DNA of 63,667 nucleotides, the filler included, from Bacteroidales bacterium (lineage in GTDB: Bacteria; Bacteroidota; Bacteroidia; Bacteroidales; CAIWKO01): NCBI GenBank assembly GCA_035389045.1. It is 7 parts of 5 records of this genome, joined end to end, with 100 filler letters (N's around TTAATTAATTAA, not from the genome) between each part and the next. Parts side by side here need not be neighbours in the genome. Positions count along the whole stretch, not along the records: positions 9,558 to 20,116 come from DAOORA010000001.1; 6 more parts are not named here. One strand, 5' to 3'. Made by a program: the position numbers and the translations under genes. Below the pieces are notes generated by a model. The model saw only the letters and a program-made list of their open reading frames with translations, had not been told where the DNA came from and did no database searches. Below, piece after piece: positions 10,087 to 20,216 of this stretch (within the stretch, counting starts at the first letter, position 1; the number at the start of each line of letters is the position of its first letter).

Positions 10087-11589
10087 CTATTGTATGACTA
10101 TTTTCCTGTTTATCACTCCCTTTTCATTAGTAATCTGCAGCTGATAGGTACCTTGAGCAGCATGGCTGATATCAATAATATGATTATATAATCCGGAGAA
10201 CTGCTTTAATAAATCCTGATAAATCACTTTACCGGTCACATCATATACTTTGATGACGACATCCTGCATACGGTCCATTTCCATTTCAAGTAAAAACTCG
10301 CCATCATTGGGATTGGGAAAGATATTAAAGTTACTGATGCCAATAGGTTCAGCTACAGCACAGGCAACATCCAGACACCTCTGGGAACTGCTTCCGCAAT
10401 AATTGGCAGCCGTTACACATACCTGACCGGAATAGCTACCTGTGGTCACGTTAATGCTTGTAGTACCCTGCCCGGAATTAATCACCCACCCCAGGCCTGT
10501 CGGTACTGTCCAGTTATACGATGTAGCGTTGGTCACAGGAGTTATGGAATAATTCTGAATTGATCCCGACGGAACATCATTATCCCCGGTAATACTGCCC
10601 GGCTGAGCGGGTAGCGTTCCTGAAGGGCTTATAGTCACTGTTTTGCAACTCAATGGGCTGTCGCCGCAATTATTATGGCCCGATACACATATATCACCGG
10701 ATATATTTCCACTTGTGATGGTCAACGAAGTGGTACCCTGCCCTGAAACTATTGACCACCCGCCGCTGGCGGGAACAGTCCAGTTATACGAAGTCACTCC
10801 GGTGACTGCCGGAACTGTATATGTCAGTGTTGTGCCAATACAAACCGTATCAGGCCCGGCAGGAGTATTCAATGCTGCCGGTGTGACATTTATGATCACG
10901 GATTCATTATCTTCAGCGCCCCATCCGCAAATGTTGTTGTATGATCTGAAATAATAAGTTCCCGAGGAAGTCACTGTTTGATTAGCCGACGGTGTTGCCG
11001 TGGAAGTTCCTCCGCTTGTGGTTCCCTGCCAGTATATTGTACCCCCTGTGCCACCCGAGGCAGCCAGTGTGGCGCTATTGCAAAACACTCCCCCACCGCT
11101 CACGGAAACTGTTGCAGGGAGCGTACCTACGGATATTAGGACAGTGGCACAAGAAGCCGAAAACCCGCTGCAACTGTATCCTCTGGCATAAAAAGTCGTG
11201 GTAACGGCAGGCGAAACAGCAAAATTGGCTCCCGGATTTGAAGATCCGATAAATGTACCGCCGCAAGAACCCGTATACCAGTAAATGGATGTCGCATCAG
11301 CCGAAACAGCTGAAATATTGGTACTCCCCGAACACAAGGTGGCAGAACTGGGAGTGGTGACCGGTGTACCCGGTGTCACACATGCCAGATAGGCTGTCTG
11401 GCCGGGAGCACTCTCAGGTGAACTCAACTTCCAGCCATGTCCATCATCCAAACTATAAGTCACTGTTTCGCCGGATAGAACAACTGTGAAACAATGTAAA
11501 AAAATGAAAAGTAAAAAAATTCTTGAAAGAGGCTTTAATTTCCTGCGAAAACAAGTTCTTCCGGCACAATGCAATGGTTGGATATTCAT
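10087..11589 (-). CDS. T9SS-secreted Ig-like/PKD-like repeat protein
   Basis: Signal peptide; Cys/Thr/Ser-rich modules (IYWYTGSCGG, IYWQGTTSGG, two SYNWTVP); CTD IFPNPNDG...GTYQLQI...RKIVIQ. Confidence 0.85.
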   Translation of the reverse strand: MNIQPLHCAGRTCFRRKLKPLSRIFLLFIFLHCFTVVLSGETVTYSLDDGHGWKLSSPESAPGQTAYLACVTPGTPVTTPSSATLCSGSTNISAVSADATSIYWYTGSCGGTFIGSSNPGANFAVSPAVTTTFYARGYSCSGFSASCATVLISVGTLPATVSVSGGGVFCNSATLAASGGTGGTIYWQGTTSGGTSTATPSANQTVTSSGTYYFRSYNNICGWGAEDNESVIINVTPAALNTPAGPDTVCIGTTLTYTVPAVTGVTSYNWTVPASGGWSIVSGQGTTSLTITSGNISGDICVSGHNNCGDSPLSCKTVTISPSGTLPAQPGSITGDNDVPSGSIQNYSITPVTNATSYNWTVPTGLGWVINSGQGTTSINVTTGSYSGQVCVTAANYCGSSSQRCLDVACAVAEPIGISNFNIFPNPNDGEFLLEMEMDRMQDVVIKVYDVTGKVIYQDLLKQFSGLYNHIIDISHAAQGTYQLQITNEKGVINRKIVIQ

Positions 11590-11862
11590 AATAGTAAATT
11601 TAAAAGTGAATAATACTGTCTAACAAAGTTATAAAATCTTTTATAATAATTACAAAAACCTGTCTAAAAATTTCAGGATTTTGAATATGGAAAAAATCAA
11701 CCCTGCCTGGTGGATATAAAATCCGGTTCTGTCTGATGGTATAATTTTTTTCAGGATTTATGCTAAAGTATCATACTAAAAGTTCGCCGGTACGATTCTG
11801 CTGAAATCCGCTCAGGGTATGTGTATAATCAGTAAATCTCCCGAACTGAATAAACCCAAAAC

Positions 11863-11896
11863 AAAAAAAACGCCCGATTGCATCATACAATCGGGC
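11863..11896 (-). terminator. Rho-independent terminator
   Basis: Minus strand gcccgattg-tatgatg-caatcgggc followed by gtttttttt, downstream of 11966-13453. Confidence 0.75.
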
Positions 11897-11965
11897 ATCT
11901 TTTGTTCACCTTTTTTCTATAACCTGGCAAAAAATCCAAGCTCTACAAGAAAATATTTTACAGCT

Positions 11966-13453
11966 TTATTGCAAAACTACTTTACTGTTTATAACACCCT
12001 CTTCACCTGTTATCTGGAGGTAATAGGAACCTCTTGCATTTTTGCTCAGATCGATGAATTCATGGTATTTTCCTGAAATATCATTTTTATTATTCTCATA
12101 AACCATATTACCAATCGCATCAAAAACTTTTATCGTAATATCCTGCGACCTTGAAATGTTCATTTCCAGTAAAAACTCGCCATCACTCGGGTTGGGGAAA
12201 ATATTTAATCGTTCAATTCCGATATTTTCAGGGATAGCACAAGCAATATCCAGACATGTTTGCGGACTATCGCCGCAATCATTATGAGCGCTTACACAAA
12301 CCTGTCCCGAATAATTTCCTGTGGTCACATTGATGCTTGTTGTACCCTGTCCTGAATTTATCACCCATCCCAGCCCCACCGGGACTGTCCACGTATAAGA
12401 TGTTGCACCGGTAACCGGAGATATTGAATAAGTCTTAGTAACTCCGGAGGCAACATCAATATCTCCTGTAATTGCTCCGGGCTGATTGGGTGAAGGATTA
12501 ATTGTCACGGTGGCGCTTCCCTGCGCGCCCCAACCGCAGGTATTATGCGCCCTGAAATAATAAGTTCCCGATGCCGTGACTACCTGGCTGGTTGATGCTG
12601 ACGAAACTGAAGTTCCGCTGCTGGTTGTACCCTGCCAGTATATGGTGTCTCCCATCGTCCCGCTGGCGGAAAGTGTCGCACTGCTGCAGAACGACCCGCC
12701 GCCACTGACTGTCACTGCAGTCGGTGCCGAAACTATCGTGATAGTCACGCTTTCGCAACTGGTTGAATAGCAACCACTGCCACTATAACCCCTGGCATAA
12801 TAAGTGGTCATGGTGGAAGGATTAAATGTCTGGGCTACATTGTTATTGGAAGATCCGACAAAGCTGCCTCCACAACTTCCTGTATACCAATAAATATATG
12901 TCGCGTTCGTCGAACTGGCTGATAAGCTAACACTATTTCCGGAGCAAACGGTAGCAGACCCGAGTGAAATAAATGGTGTTAAAGGTTTAGGGGCTACAGT
13001 AACAGTAACAGTAGCACAAGTGGTAGAAAAACAACCGCCACTGGCATTATAACCTCGCAGATAATATGTGGTTGTGGTGGTTGGCGCAATAGTTTTACTG
13101 GTATTATTGACCGATGAGGTAATAAAAGTTCCTCCACAGCTACCCGTGTACCAATAAATATGGGTGGCGCTTGTTGAATTTGCAAGAATACTCGTGCTGC
13201 TGCCTGAGCAAATAGTAACAGTGGCAGGGGTAGCAACAGGCGTCCCTGGGGTTGTACATGTAAGATATTCGGTCACCGAAGACAAGCCATCAGCTGAACT
13301 TATAGCCCAGGATATATCGCCATCCTGAGAAGAACTTTCCACTGTTGTGGCATAAGCAGCCGGGAAATAACCAAATACTCCCGGCAAAAAAAGAAATGCA
13401 AACAAAAGAACACTTAAGTTCCTTCCTGATTCAGACTTCGTAGATTTTTTCAT
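11966..13453 (-). CDS. T9SS-secreted Ig-like/PKD-like repeat protein, paralog of 10087-11589
   Basis: Same modules in different copy numbers; the segment GLGWVINSGQGTTSINVTTG is identical; CTD IFPNPSDG...GSYYLQI...KVVLQ. Confidence 0.85.
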   Translation of the reverse strand: MKKSTKSESGRNLSVLLFAFLFLPGVFGYFPAAYATTVESSSQDGDISWAISSADGLSSVTEYLTCTTPGTPVATPATVTICSGSSTSILANSTSATHIYWYTGSCGGTFITSSVNNTSKTIAPTTTTTYYLRGYNASGGCFSTTCATVTVTVAPKPLTPFISLGSATVCSGNSVSLSASSTNATYIYWYTGSCGGSFVGSSNNNVAQTFNPSTMTTYYARGYSGSGCYSTSCESVTITIVSAPTAVTVSGGGSFCSSATLSASGTMGDTIYWQGTTSSGTSVSSASTSQVVTASGTYYFRAHNTCGWGAQGSATVTINPSPNQPGAITGDIDVASGVTKTYSISPVTGATSYTWTVPVGLGWVINSGQGTTSINVTTGNYSGQVCVSAHNDCGDSPQTCLDIACAIPENIGIERLNIFPNPSDGEFLLEMNISRSQDITIKVFDAIGNMVYENNKNDISGKYHEFIDLSKNARGSYYLQITGEEGVINSKVVLQ

Positions 13454-13725
13454 ATGAATTATTAATTTAATTAAATATTTAAATGCGTTTGCAAAGTAAA
13501 GTTATTATTTGGTTATTACGTTATAAAATTTCAACAAGTTACAATTTTTCTAAAAAAAGTGATATCGATAATGCCCCGTTTCACAAAATATAGAATTCTA
13601 TGTGGTTTAAAATACTACCTGTATCGGGGCTGTACGATTTTCTGGTCAGTGCGGATGCGATTGATAGTTACAGATAAAGAAACCTACTCAAATCGTTCTG
13701 TATGGATAATAAAGCATACAGTCCA

Positions 13726-16700
13726 TTATAAAACTACCAGTTTTACCACAGCCTTTTGTTTGCCGGTGATCAATTCAACAAAATATACGCCCTGTGCAAA
13801 ACGACTCAGGTCGATATATTCCGAATTGCCGCCTGCACAGACGCTAATCTTTTTATTTAGCATCTGTTGCCCGCAGATGTCTGTCAGCACTATTTCCGCC
13901 TGAGTGATCCTATCACTATCCCATTTTATCCAGATACTTTCATCAGCAGGATTCGGGTTAATGCACAGATTCCGTAAATTTTCATTTTTGCTGACTCCGA
14001 TACTTAAAATATTAACATTATCGTTATAAACATCATTTCCGCATGCGTTAACAGCAGTAAGTGTAACCGTATACGAACCGGTTCCTGCAAATGTATGTAC
14101 AGGGCTTGTGTCACCGGACTGGCTGCCATCCCCGAAATCCCATAAATAAGAATACGCACCCGAAGAAGTATTGGCAAATGTTGTTGTATTGTCGGAATTG
14201 TTAAAGGTAAAAGAGGCGTCGGGCTCAATGGTATACACAAAGGCGGTCACCGGTGTCCTGGGGCTTCTGCACTCACCGCCCTTCACTTTCCAGTTGTAAA
14301 AATAATAATAGGTGGAGGTGTTATAACTGCTGCCTGTTATTTTTACCAGATTCCCATCGGAATATGGATAGGCTGCTCCCGTAGTATTTCGGTACAACCT
14401 GCAGTTCGCAGGGGCCACAAGCCTGTAGTTTGTACCGGAGGGAATATTCCAGTTGAAATAAACGGTGGTTTTTCCAACCGGCAGGTTTATCAACGTATCA
14501 TAAATAACGCCCCCTGCTGTCTGCAGGCTGAGTGTACGGTTTCCTGACCAGTTTGAGAATATATCAGCCGAGACCAGCAGCACATCATCCAGACAATCAA
14601 AGATCAGATAATGCGCAGAAGTACTGGTATAATAACCTCCGCTGCCAATAAGGGTATCAGGAGCGCCCTGCGTATGAATCTCATTCTCAGACGATTCAGC
14701 ATAATAGGTCGTAATTGTGTCGAGGATTGGAGTGTTGAATGTAGCGCCCGAGTGAAGCAGATTACCGGCAAATTCATCATCATACCAACGGACGGCACCA
14801 TTTGCTATGGCTGAAAGCTGAGCCCCGGCCGGTCCGCATAACGTATCATGCAGTGCAACCGGCGCAACGGGGCGCTGTACAGTAATATAATCAATCCTTG
14901 TATATATATTACTTCCATAAGCATTAGTGGCAGTCAGTGAGACCGTATAACTTCCGTTTGCCAAATACGTATGCACAGGGTGCTGCAGGTTAGAAGTATC
15001 TCCGTCACCAAAATCCCAGTGAAATGATACAGGTGAATTTGTAGAATGATCGGTAAAGTTAATCAGCCCGTCACAGGATATCAGGGGAGCCGCAGTAAAG
15101 GACACTGATGGCGGCTGCCCGGCTGCTGAGCAGTTGAAATCAAGCTCATAACCACGTCCCTCAACATATGCATCTGAAAACAAATGCAGCGTTATGGAAT
15201 TTCCGCTTGAAGCTATACTGGCCGGTGGTGTATGTCCCGGCAGACTGCAGTAACTTCCGATAAGAGGCGCCGAAGTATTCGGGCCGTCAAAGATCTCCAG
15301 ATGGTCATAGTTACAGGTTCCGTTATCGCCCTGCTCCACATCAAAGTCAATAAAATTCAGTATCACAGACGTAGCGCCCGGAACTAAAATCGTGACGGTA
15401 TCATTAGAATTAGCCAGATAATTTCCCATTCCGCCATTATCAAAAAGCGTTCCCTGGCACACTCCGATCTGTATATGCTGATTCTGAACCGTGCTATAAA
15501 TACAGGGTTGCTCAATAAACACAGAATCGATGAAGGTTTCGGAGGCCGCTGCACTGGTTATGGTCAATGTAATTAATTTCATACCAGGTGATGAATAAGT
15601 CACCTGAAAAGGCCCGGCGATGTTTGCCGTCTGGGGTGTGGCGCCTGCCCCGAAATCCCAGTTGTACGAGAGTATATCTCCCGACGAAGCATCTGTAACT
15701 GTAATAGGATGACCAGCGCAAGCATTGCTGTACGTCAGAAAGAAGTCCGGACGCAGGCAGGCCGCTGTAAACGGGATACTGGCGATATAGGGCTTGTAGT
15801 TGTGTCTCGAAAGCGTCAGAACAGCAGAACTTCCCAACACCGGACTAAAATGCAGTGTCAACGGTGTGGAATTAAGACTATCACTGGCAATAAGTTCGCC
15901 ATCCACTACGAGGGTTGCCAGGCAATGGTTACAGCTGCTGGTATTAATAGTGAAGGTGGTATCATGACAGTCCAGGGCAGTCTGGTGCGTTGCCGTGATA
16001 TTACCGGGGAAAGCAGTCCAGATTTTCATGGCAGGATCACCAAAATAGTGAAACAATTCATGCGTGTAATCGTCATCGCCCCATGTCTGTATCATACGCA
16101 TGAGACCCTGATTCAGCACATCGCCCATGGTATAGATCGGCTGATGTGCTACCGGTGAGCCAACAGGTGAATCGCCATTACCCGTGAAGGGTGGGATAAG
16201 GCCGGGTGTTGCCCAGATAGCATCTATCATTCCCTCTATCAATCCATCGTTGTATCCGCTCCAGCTGAAATACGCCGCCCCAAACACGCCTACTGCCCCA
16301 CCATTAGTTTTGCGAAGGAATTTTTCTGCAAAACATTCCTGTAACTGAAATTCCCCGGTATGGCAATTAATGCTGAACACCACCGGCAGCCTGTTTCCAT
16401 TGTTGAGCAAATTGATATTGGTGGTGGTAAACTGCGGTGAAGCCCATCCGGTGCCTCCTGAATAGCCATGATCGCGGTGCGTAACAAACAACCTTCCATC
16501 AGCAGAATTGATGGAGGCTGCTATCGTATCTTTTGTACCGTTCCAGCCAAAACCATTGGTCCTCAGCAGCACAGAAGGAAGGGGTTCAGAATTGGCATAA
16601 TAGCCATCGTTGTAGTAACGGGGATTAACGGATGCATCGGCATCATAAATTCTATTGACTGCAAACCCATGTGCCATCATGTAATTACGGATTTCCTCAC

Positions 16701-17913
16701 TGGTAAGCAAAAAACGCCGGTCTTCGTAGGTATTAGTATCATCATCCTGAAAATATCCGCAAACGCTGCCTTTGGTATAGAAGTTTGGCTGAACAGGAGG
16801 ATTTTTTTCGTAGGTAATTATTTTATTCACCACGGTCATTGCTTCTGCAGCCGAAGCAACACTAATTCTTCCGAAAGCCATATCAGCCACATAATCATAA
16901 GCGCCATCCATACAGGCATAATACAAATCGGTGGCAAAGTTGTCACCATAACTCGGATCCTGATGTATCTCACCGGGTACTTTATCATGATCGCCAAGTA
17001 TGACAAAATAATCCGGATTAGGCACCCACAATTGGTAACGGTTATGCACCTCTGATTTGACTAAAGTGCTGGTCCAATTCGACCGTGATATTATTTCTAC
17101 TGCATACCCCAACTGGCTTTTCCACTTTGCCAGACTATCGGCAGCAACCCGGTAATCACTATGCGTAATAATGATATAGTTTTTTGCACCGGCAACTTTT
17201 TCCGTTACATGGGATTTCTGTATGGCAGAATAAGTTGAAATCTCTTCGTTAAGCGAGAAACTATTCAGCACAATGTTTTGCAGATTCTTTAGAAATGTAG
17301 AAGAATATTGTTCCTTATAGGCTATTAAGGAAGTGCTTTTTGTAAAAGATATTTCATAGTCAAGAGTGCTATACACCTTGACCTGCCTGAGCTGAGGATT
17401 ATATTGTATCGGACACACCTGAACTATTGCCAGAGAAATACCTTTGACTTTCAGAATATTGACTATGCTGACGGGGTTCTCCGGATACCATTGGTTTGTC
17501 TGATAAAAAGCGGAATCAATCTCAAATGCAGGTTCCGGATCACCATAACGGTCGGTGGCCGGACGCAGAGCAGGGTAAATAAGAAAGCTATCCCGCCATA
17601 CATAAGGAGCATTCTTCAACACAACACCTGCTAAAGCACCATCAGGAATAAGAACAATATCGTAATGAGCCGGTAATGCAGGTTTCCCAACCTCCTTCAA
17701 AAAAGTAAAATCCTTAACATGAAGTCTTACAAATTTTGTTTGCTGCCCGTATACAGCATAATCTTGTATTTCAGAAAAAAAATAAGAAACATCCAGACCC
17801 TTTACCCCCCGGTCATAAACGTTGCGTACAACTTGATTATCAAGCGTTTCATGCTGAGCATGAGCAATAATTGAAATAATTGCAGTGGAAAGAAAAAACA
17901 GGATTTTCTTCAT
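13726..17913 (-). CDS. Gingipain-like C25 cysteine peptidase with propeptide, PKD, CUB and Ig domains and T9SS CTD
   Basis: Likely start MKKILFF (17913); propeptide EVGKPALP; C25 motifs YFVILGD, TDLYYA, MAFGRIS; catalytic His (HRDHG) and Cys (INCHTG); WDFG PKD repeats; CUB (CNYDHLEIFDG); CTD NPNPA...GVYFV...KLVVL. Confidence 0.92.
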   Translation of the reverse strand: MKKILFFLSTAIISIIAHAQHETLDNQVVRNVYDRGVKGLDVSYFFSEIQDYAVYGQQTKFVRLHVKDFTFLKEVGKPALPAHYDIVLIPDGALAGVVLKNAPYVWRDSFLIYPALRPATDRYGDPEPAFEIDSAFYQTNQWYPENPVSIVNILKVKGISLAIVQVCPIQYNPQLRQVKVYSTLDYEISFTKSTSLIAYKEQYSSTFLKNLQNIVLNSFSLNEEISTYSAIQKSHVTEKVAGAKNYIIITHSDYRVAADSLAKWKSQLGYAVEIISRSNWTSTLVKSEVHNRYQLWVPNPDYFVILGDHDKVPGEIHQDPSYGDNFATDLYYACMDGAYDYVADMAFGRISVASAAEAMTVVNKIITYEKNPPVQPNFYTKGSVCGYFQDDDTNTYEDRRFLLTSEEIRNYMMAHGFAVNRIYDADASVNPRYYNDGYYANSEPLPSVLLRTNGFGWNGTKDTIAASINSADGRLFVTHRDHGYSGGTGWASPQFTTTNINLLNNGNRLPVVFSINCHTGEFQLQECFAEKFLRKTNGGAVGVFGAAYFSWSGYNDGLIEGMIDAIWATPGLIPPFTGNGDSPVGSPVAHQPIYTMGDVLNQGLMRMIQTWGDDDYTHELFHYFGDPAMKIWTAFPGNITATHQTALDCHDTTFTINTSSCNHCLATLVVDGELIASDSLNSTPLTLHFSPVLGSSAVLTLSRHNYKPYIASIPFTAACLRPDFFLTYSNACAGHPITVTDASSGDILSYNWDFGAGATPQTANIAGPFQVTYSSPGMKLITLTITSAAASETFIDSVFIEQPCIYSTVQNQHIQIGVCQGTLFDNGGMGNYLANSNDTVTILVPGATSVILNFIDFDVEQGDNGTCNYDHLEIFDGPNTSAPLIGSYCSLPGHTPPASIASSGNSITLHLFSDAYVEGRGYELDFNCSAAGQPPSVSFTAAPLISCDGLINFTDHSTNSPVSFHWDFGDGDTSNLQHPVHTYLANGSYTVSLTATNAYGSNIYTRIDYITVQRPVAPVALHDTLCGPAGAQLSAIANGAVRWYDDEFAGNLLHSGATFNTPILDTITTYYAESSENEIHTQGAPDTLIGSGGYYTSTSAHYLIFDCLDDVLLVSADIFSNWSGNRTLSLQTAGGVIYDTLINLPVGKTTVYFNWNIPSGTNYRLVAPANCRLYRNTTGAAYPYSDGNLVKITGSSYNTSTYYYFYNWKVKGGECRSPRTPVTAFVYTIEPDASFTFNNSDNTTTFANTSSGAYSYLWDFGDGSQSGDTSPVHTFAGTGSYTVTLTAVNACGNDVYNDNVNILSIGVSKNENLRNLCINPNPADESIWIKWDSDRITQAEIVLTDICGQQMLNKKISVCAGGNSEYIDLSRFAQGVYFVELITGKQKAVVKLVVL

Positions 17914-18152
17914 ATGTCTGTATATAAATAAAAAAATAATCAAGACAAAAAGACAATAATTAACAAAAATACAAAAAAAAGCAGATAATTCACAGTTTTT
18001 ATAATAAGTTATTTTATAAAAATATGTAAAACCGATTTCCCGAACTGATTTCAAAACCAAGAACTTGATGGGAAGACGTTTTTGATTAAAAATATTCTGC
18101 CTCACAGTTTCATTTAGTTTATATTTTTGCATAAACACTTAAAAACAAGCCA

Positions 18153-18752
18153 ATGAAAAAGTTACTAATGGTGATACTGTCGATAATAATTATGCAGGGC
18201 TGCTCTGCCCAATCGCTTTCCGATACCGTACCTTCGGACAAAATAGATGGATATACCAATACTGGATGGGAGTCGCTTAATGAGAACGTCATCAAAATGG
18301 TTGGCACCGGCTGGATGCTGATAACAGCGGGCAACATCAGCAATTTCAATATGATGACAGCCAGCTGGGGGGGCCTGGGATGGCTGTGGGAAAAGCCGGT
18401 AGCCTTTATCTTTGTCAGGCCGCAACGCTATACTCATGAGTTTACCGAACGAGAAAGTTACTTCACACTGACGTTTTATGAAGAAAACTTCCGAAAAATT
18501 TTATTAAAAATGGGAAGTGTTTCGGGCCGTGACTTCAATAAAATGAAAGATTCGGGATTGACACCGCTCGCCACAACGCATGGCAGCGTAGCTTTTAAAG
18601 AAGCTAAAATCATTGTGGAATGCAGGAAAATCTATGCCGCCAACCTGCAACAGGAGTATTTTACCGACAAAGACCTGGCACAAAAAATATACCCCAACGG
18701 AGACTTTCATACCATGTATGTAGGAGAGATCGTTAATGTGTGGAAGAAATAA
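18153..18752 (+). CDS. Flavin reductase-like (flavoredoxin) protein with lipoprotein-type signal
   Basis: WMLITAG...NMMTASWGGLG...VRPQRYT...SGRDFNK...HTMYVGEI; N-terminus ends in IIIMQGC; TATTTTTG at 18122-18129. Confidence 0.85.
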   Translation: MKKLLMVILSIIIMQGCSAQSLSDTVPSDKIDGYTNTGWESLNENVIKMVGTGWMLITAGNISNFNMMTASWGGLGWLWEKPVAFIFVRPQRYTHEFTERESYFTLTFYEENFRKILLKMGSVSGRDFNKMKDSGLTPLATTHGSVAFKEAKIIVECRKIYAANLQQEYFTDKDLAQKIYPNGDFHTMYVGEIVNVWKK

Positions 18753-18761
18753 GTTAGTACT

Positions 18762-20116
18762 ATGAAAAAGTCCATCACGCTTTTGAACCTAGCCTGTATA
18801 ACGCTTATGTACTCATGCCAAACCAAAACTAATGCCGACCTTTTGCTGCTTAACGGGAAAATATATACCGTTGACAGCAGTTTTTCCATAGCGGAAGCCA
18901 TGGCAGTAAAGGGTGGAGTAATTATTGCCACAGGTACCGCCAAAGAAATTAAAAGCAGGTATGCTTCAGATAGCCTGGTAGATCTGGGTGGTAACACGGT
19001 CTATCCCGGTTTTATTGACGCCCATTGCCATTTTTATGGCCTGGCCCTGTTCATGCAACAGGCCGATCTGCATGATGCTGCTTCTTTTGAACAGGTGATA
19101 GAGCGGTTAAAAATCCATCAGCAGCATTACCATCCTCAATGGCTTTTAGGAAGAGGCTGGGACCAAAATCTCTGGGAGCGTAAAGATTTTCCGGACAACG
19201 AACTGCTCGACAAGAATTTTCCCGACATCCCTGTGGTGCTTACCCGTGTGGACGGACACGCCGTTATAGCCAACAGCAAAGCCCTTCAGGCAGCCGGCAT
19301 CAATACAGGAACTAAAATCGCAGGGGGAATAATACTGCAAAAAAACGGGCAACTAACCGGCGTACTTATAGACAAGGCCGCGGACAAATTAAAAGATATT
19401 ATTCCCCAACCCGAAGGAGAGGAATTAATTGCCCTCCTGAAAAAAGCCCAGCAACAATGCTTTTCCTGCGGACTTACCACCGTGGCAGATGCCGGATTGT
19501 CAAAAAAGATTATGTTGTTTTTCGAAAAACTATTTTCAGAGAATATCCTTAAAATAAATATCTACGGAATGCTTGATCCTTCTGTTGAGAACATTGAATT
19601 CTTTGTAAAAAAAGGGATATACCGAAAAAACAGTTTGCATATATGTTCAATAAAATTATATGCCGACGGTGCTCTCGGTTCACGCGGTGCATGCCTTCTA
19701 AAGCCATATAATGATGATGAAACCAACAATGGTTTGATGGTCGAAGCGTTGGATACGCTTAAGTATTTTTGCAACATCGCCTTTAAACACCATTACCAGG
19801 TATGCACCCATGCCATCGGTGATTCGGCAGTCCGGGTGATGCTGAATATCTATGCGGAATTTCTCAAAGGCAAAAACGACCGGCGATGGCGTATAGAACA
19901 TGCACAGGTGGTCAGTCCCGATGATATGGCATTATTCGGCAAACATGGTATCATACCATCTGTACAGCCCACCCATGCCACTTCCGATATGCTGTGGGCC
20001 GGCAACCGCCTTGGAAAAGACAGGATAAAAACTGCTTATGCATACAAAAACCTGATGTCGCAAAACGGATGGATCCCTTTCGGAACGGACTTCCCGATTG
20101 AAAAGGTCAGTCCCCT
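18762..20116 (+). CDS. Amidohydrolase_3 family (YtcJ-like) lipoprotein, 3'-truncated
   Basis: PGFIDAHCH, KLYADGALGSRGA, HAIGD, RIEHAQ and GTDFP motifs. Confidence 0.92.
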
Positions 20117-20216
20117 NNNNNNNNNNNNNNNNNNNNNNNNNNNNNNNNNNNNNNNNNNNNTTAATTAATTAANNNNNNNNNNNNNNNNNNNNNNNNNNNN
20201 NNNNNNNNNNNNNNNN
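20117..20216. other. Artificial contig linker
   Basis: 44 N + TTAATTAATTAA + 44 N. Confidence 0.97.

Noticed and set aside
1409..13453. Diversity-generating retroelement acting on the repeated surface proteins
   Set aside because: No reverse transcriptase, and I saw no near-identical repeat pair differing only at adenines.
17914..18138. 75-aa N-terminal extension of the C25 protease ORF
   Set aside because: AT-rich divergent promoter region; the signal peptide begins at 17913.
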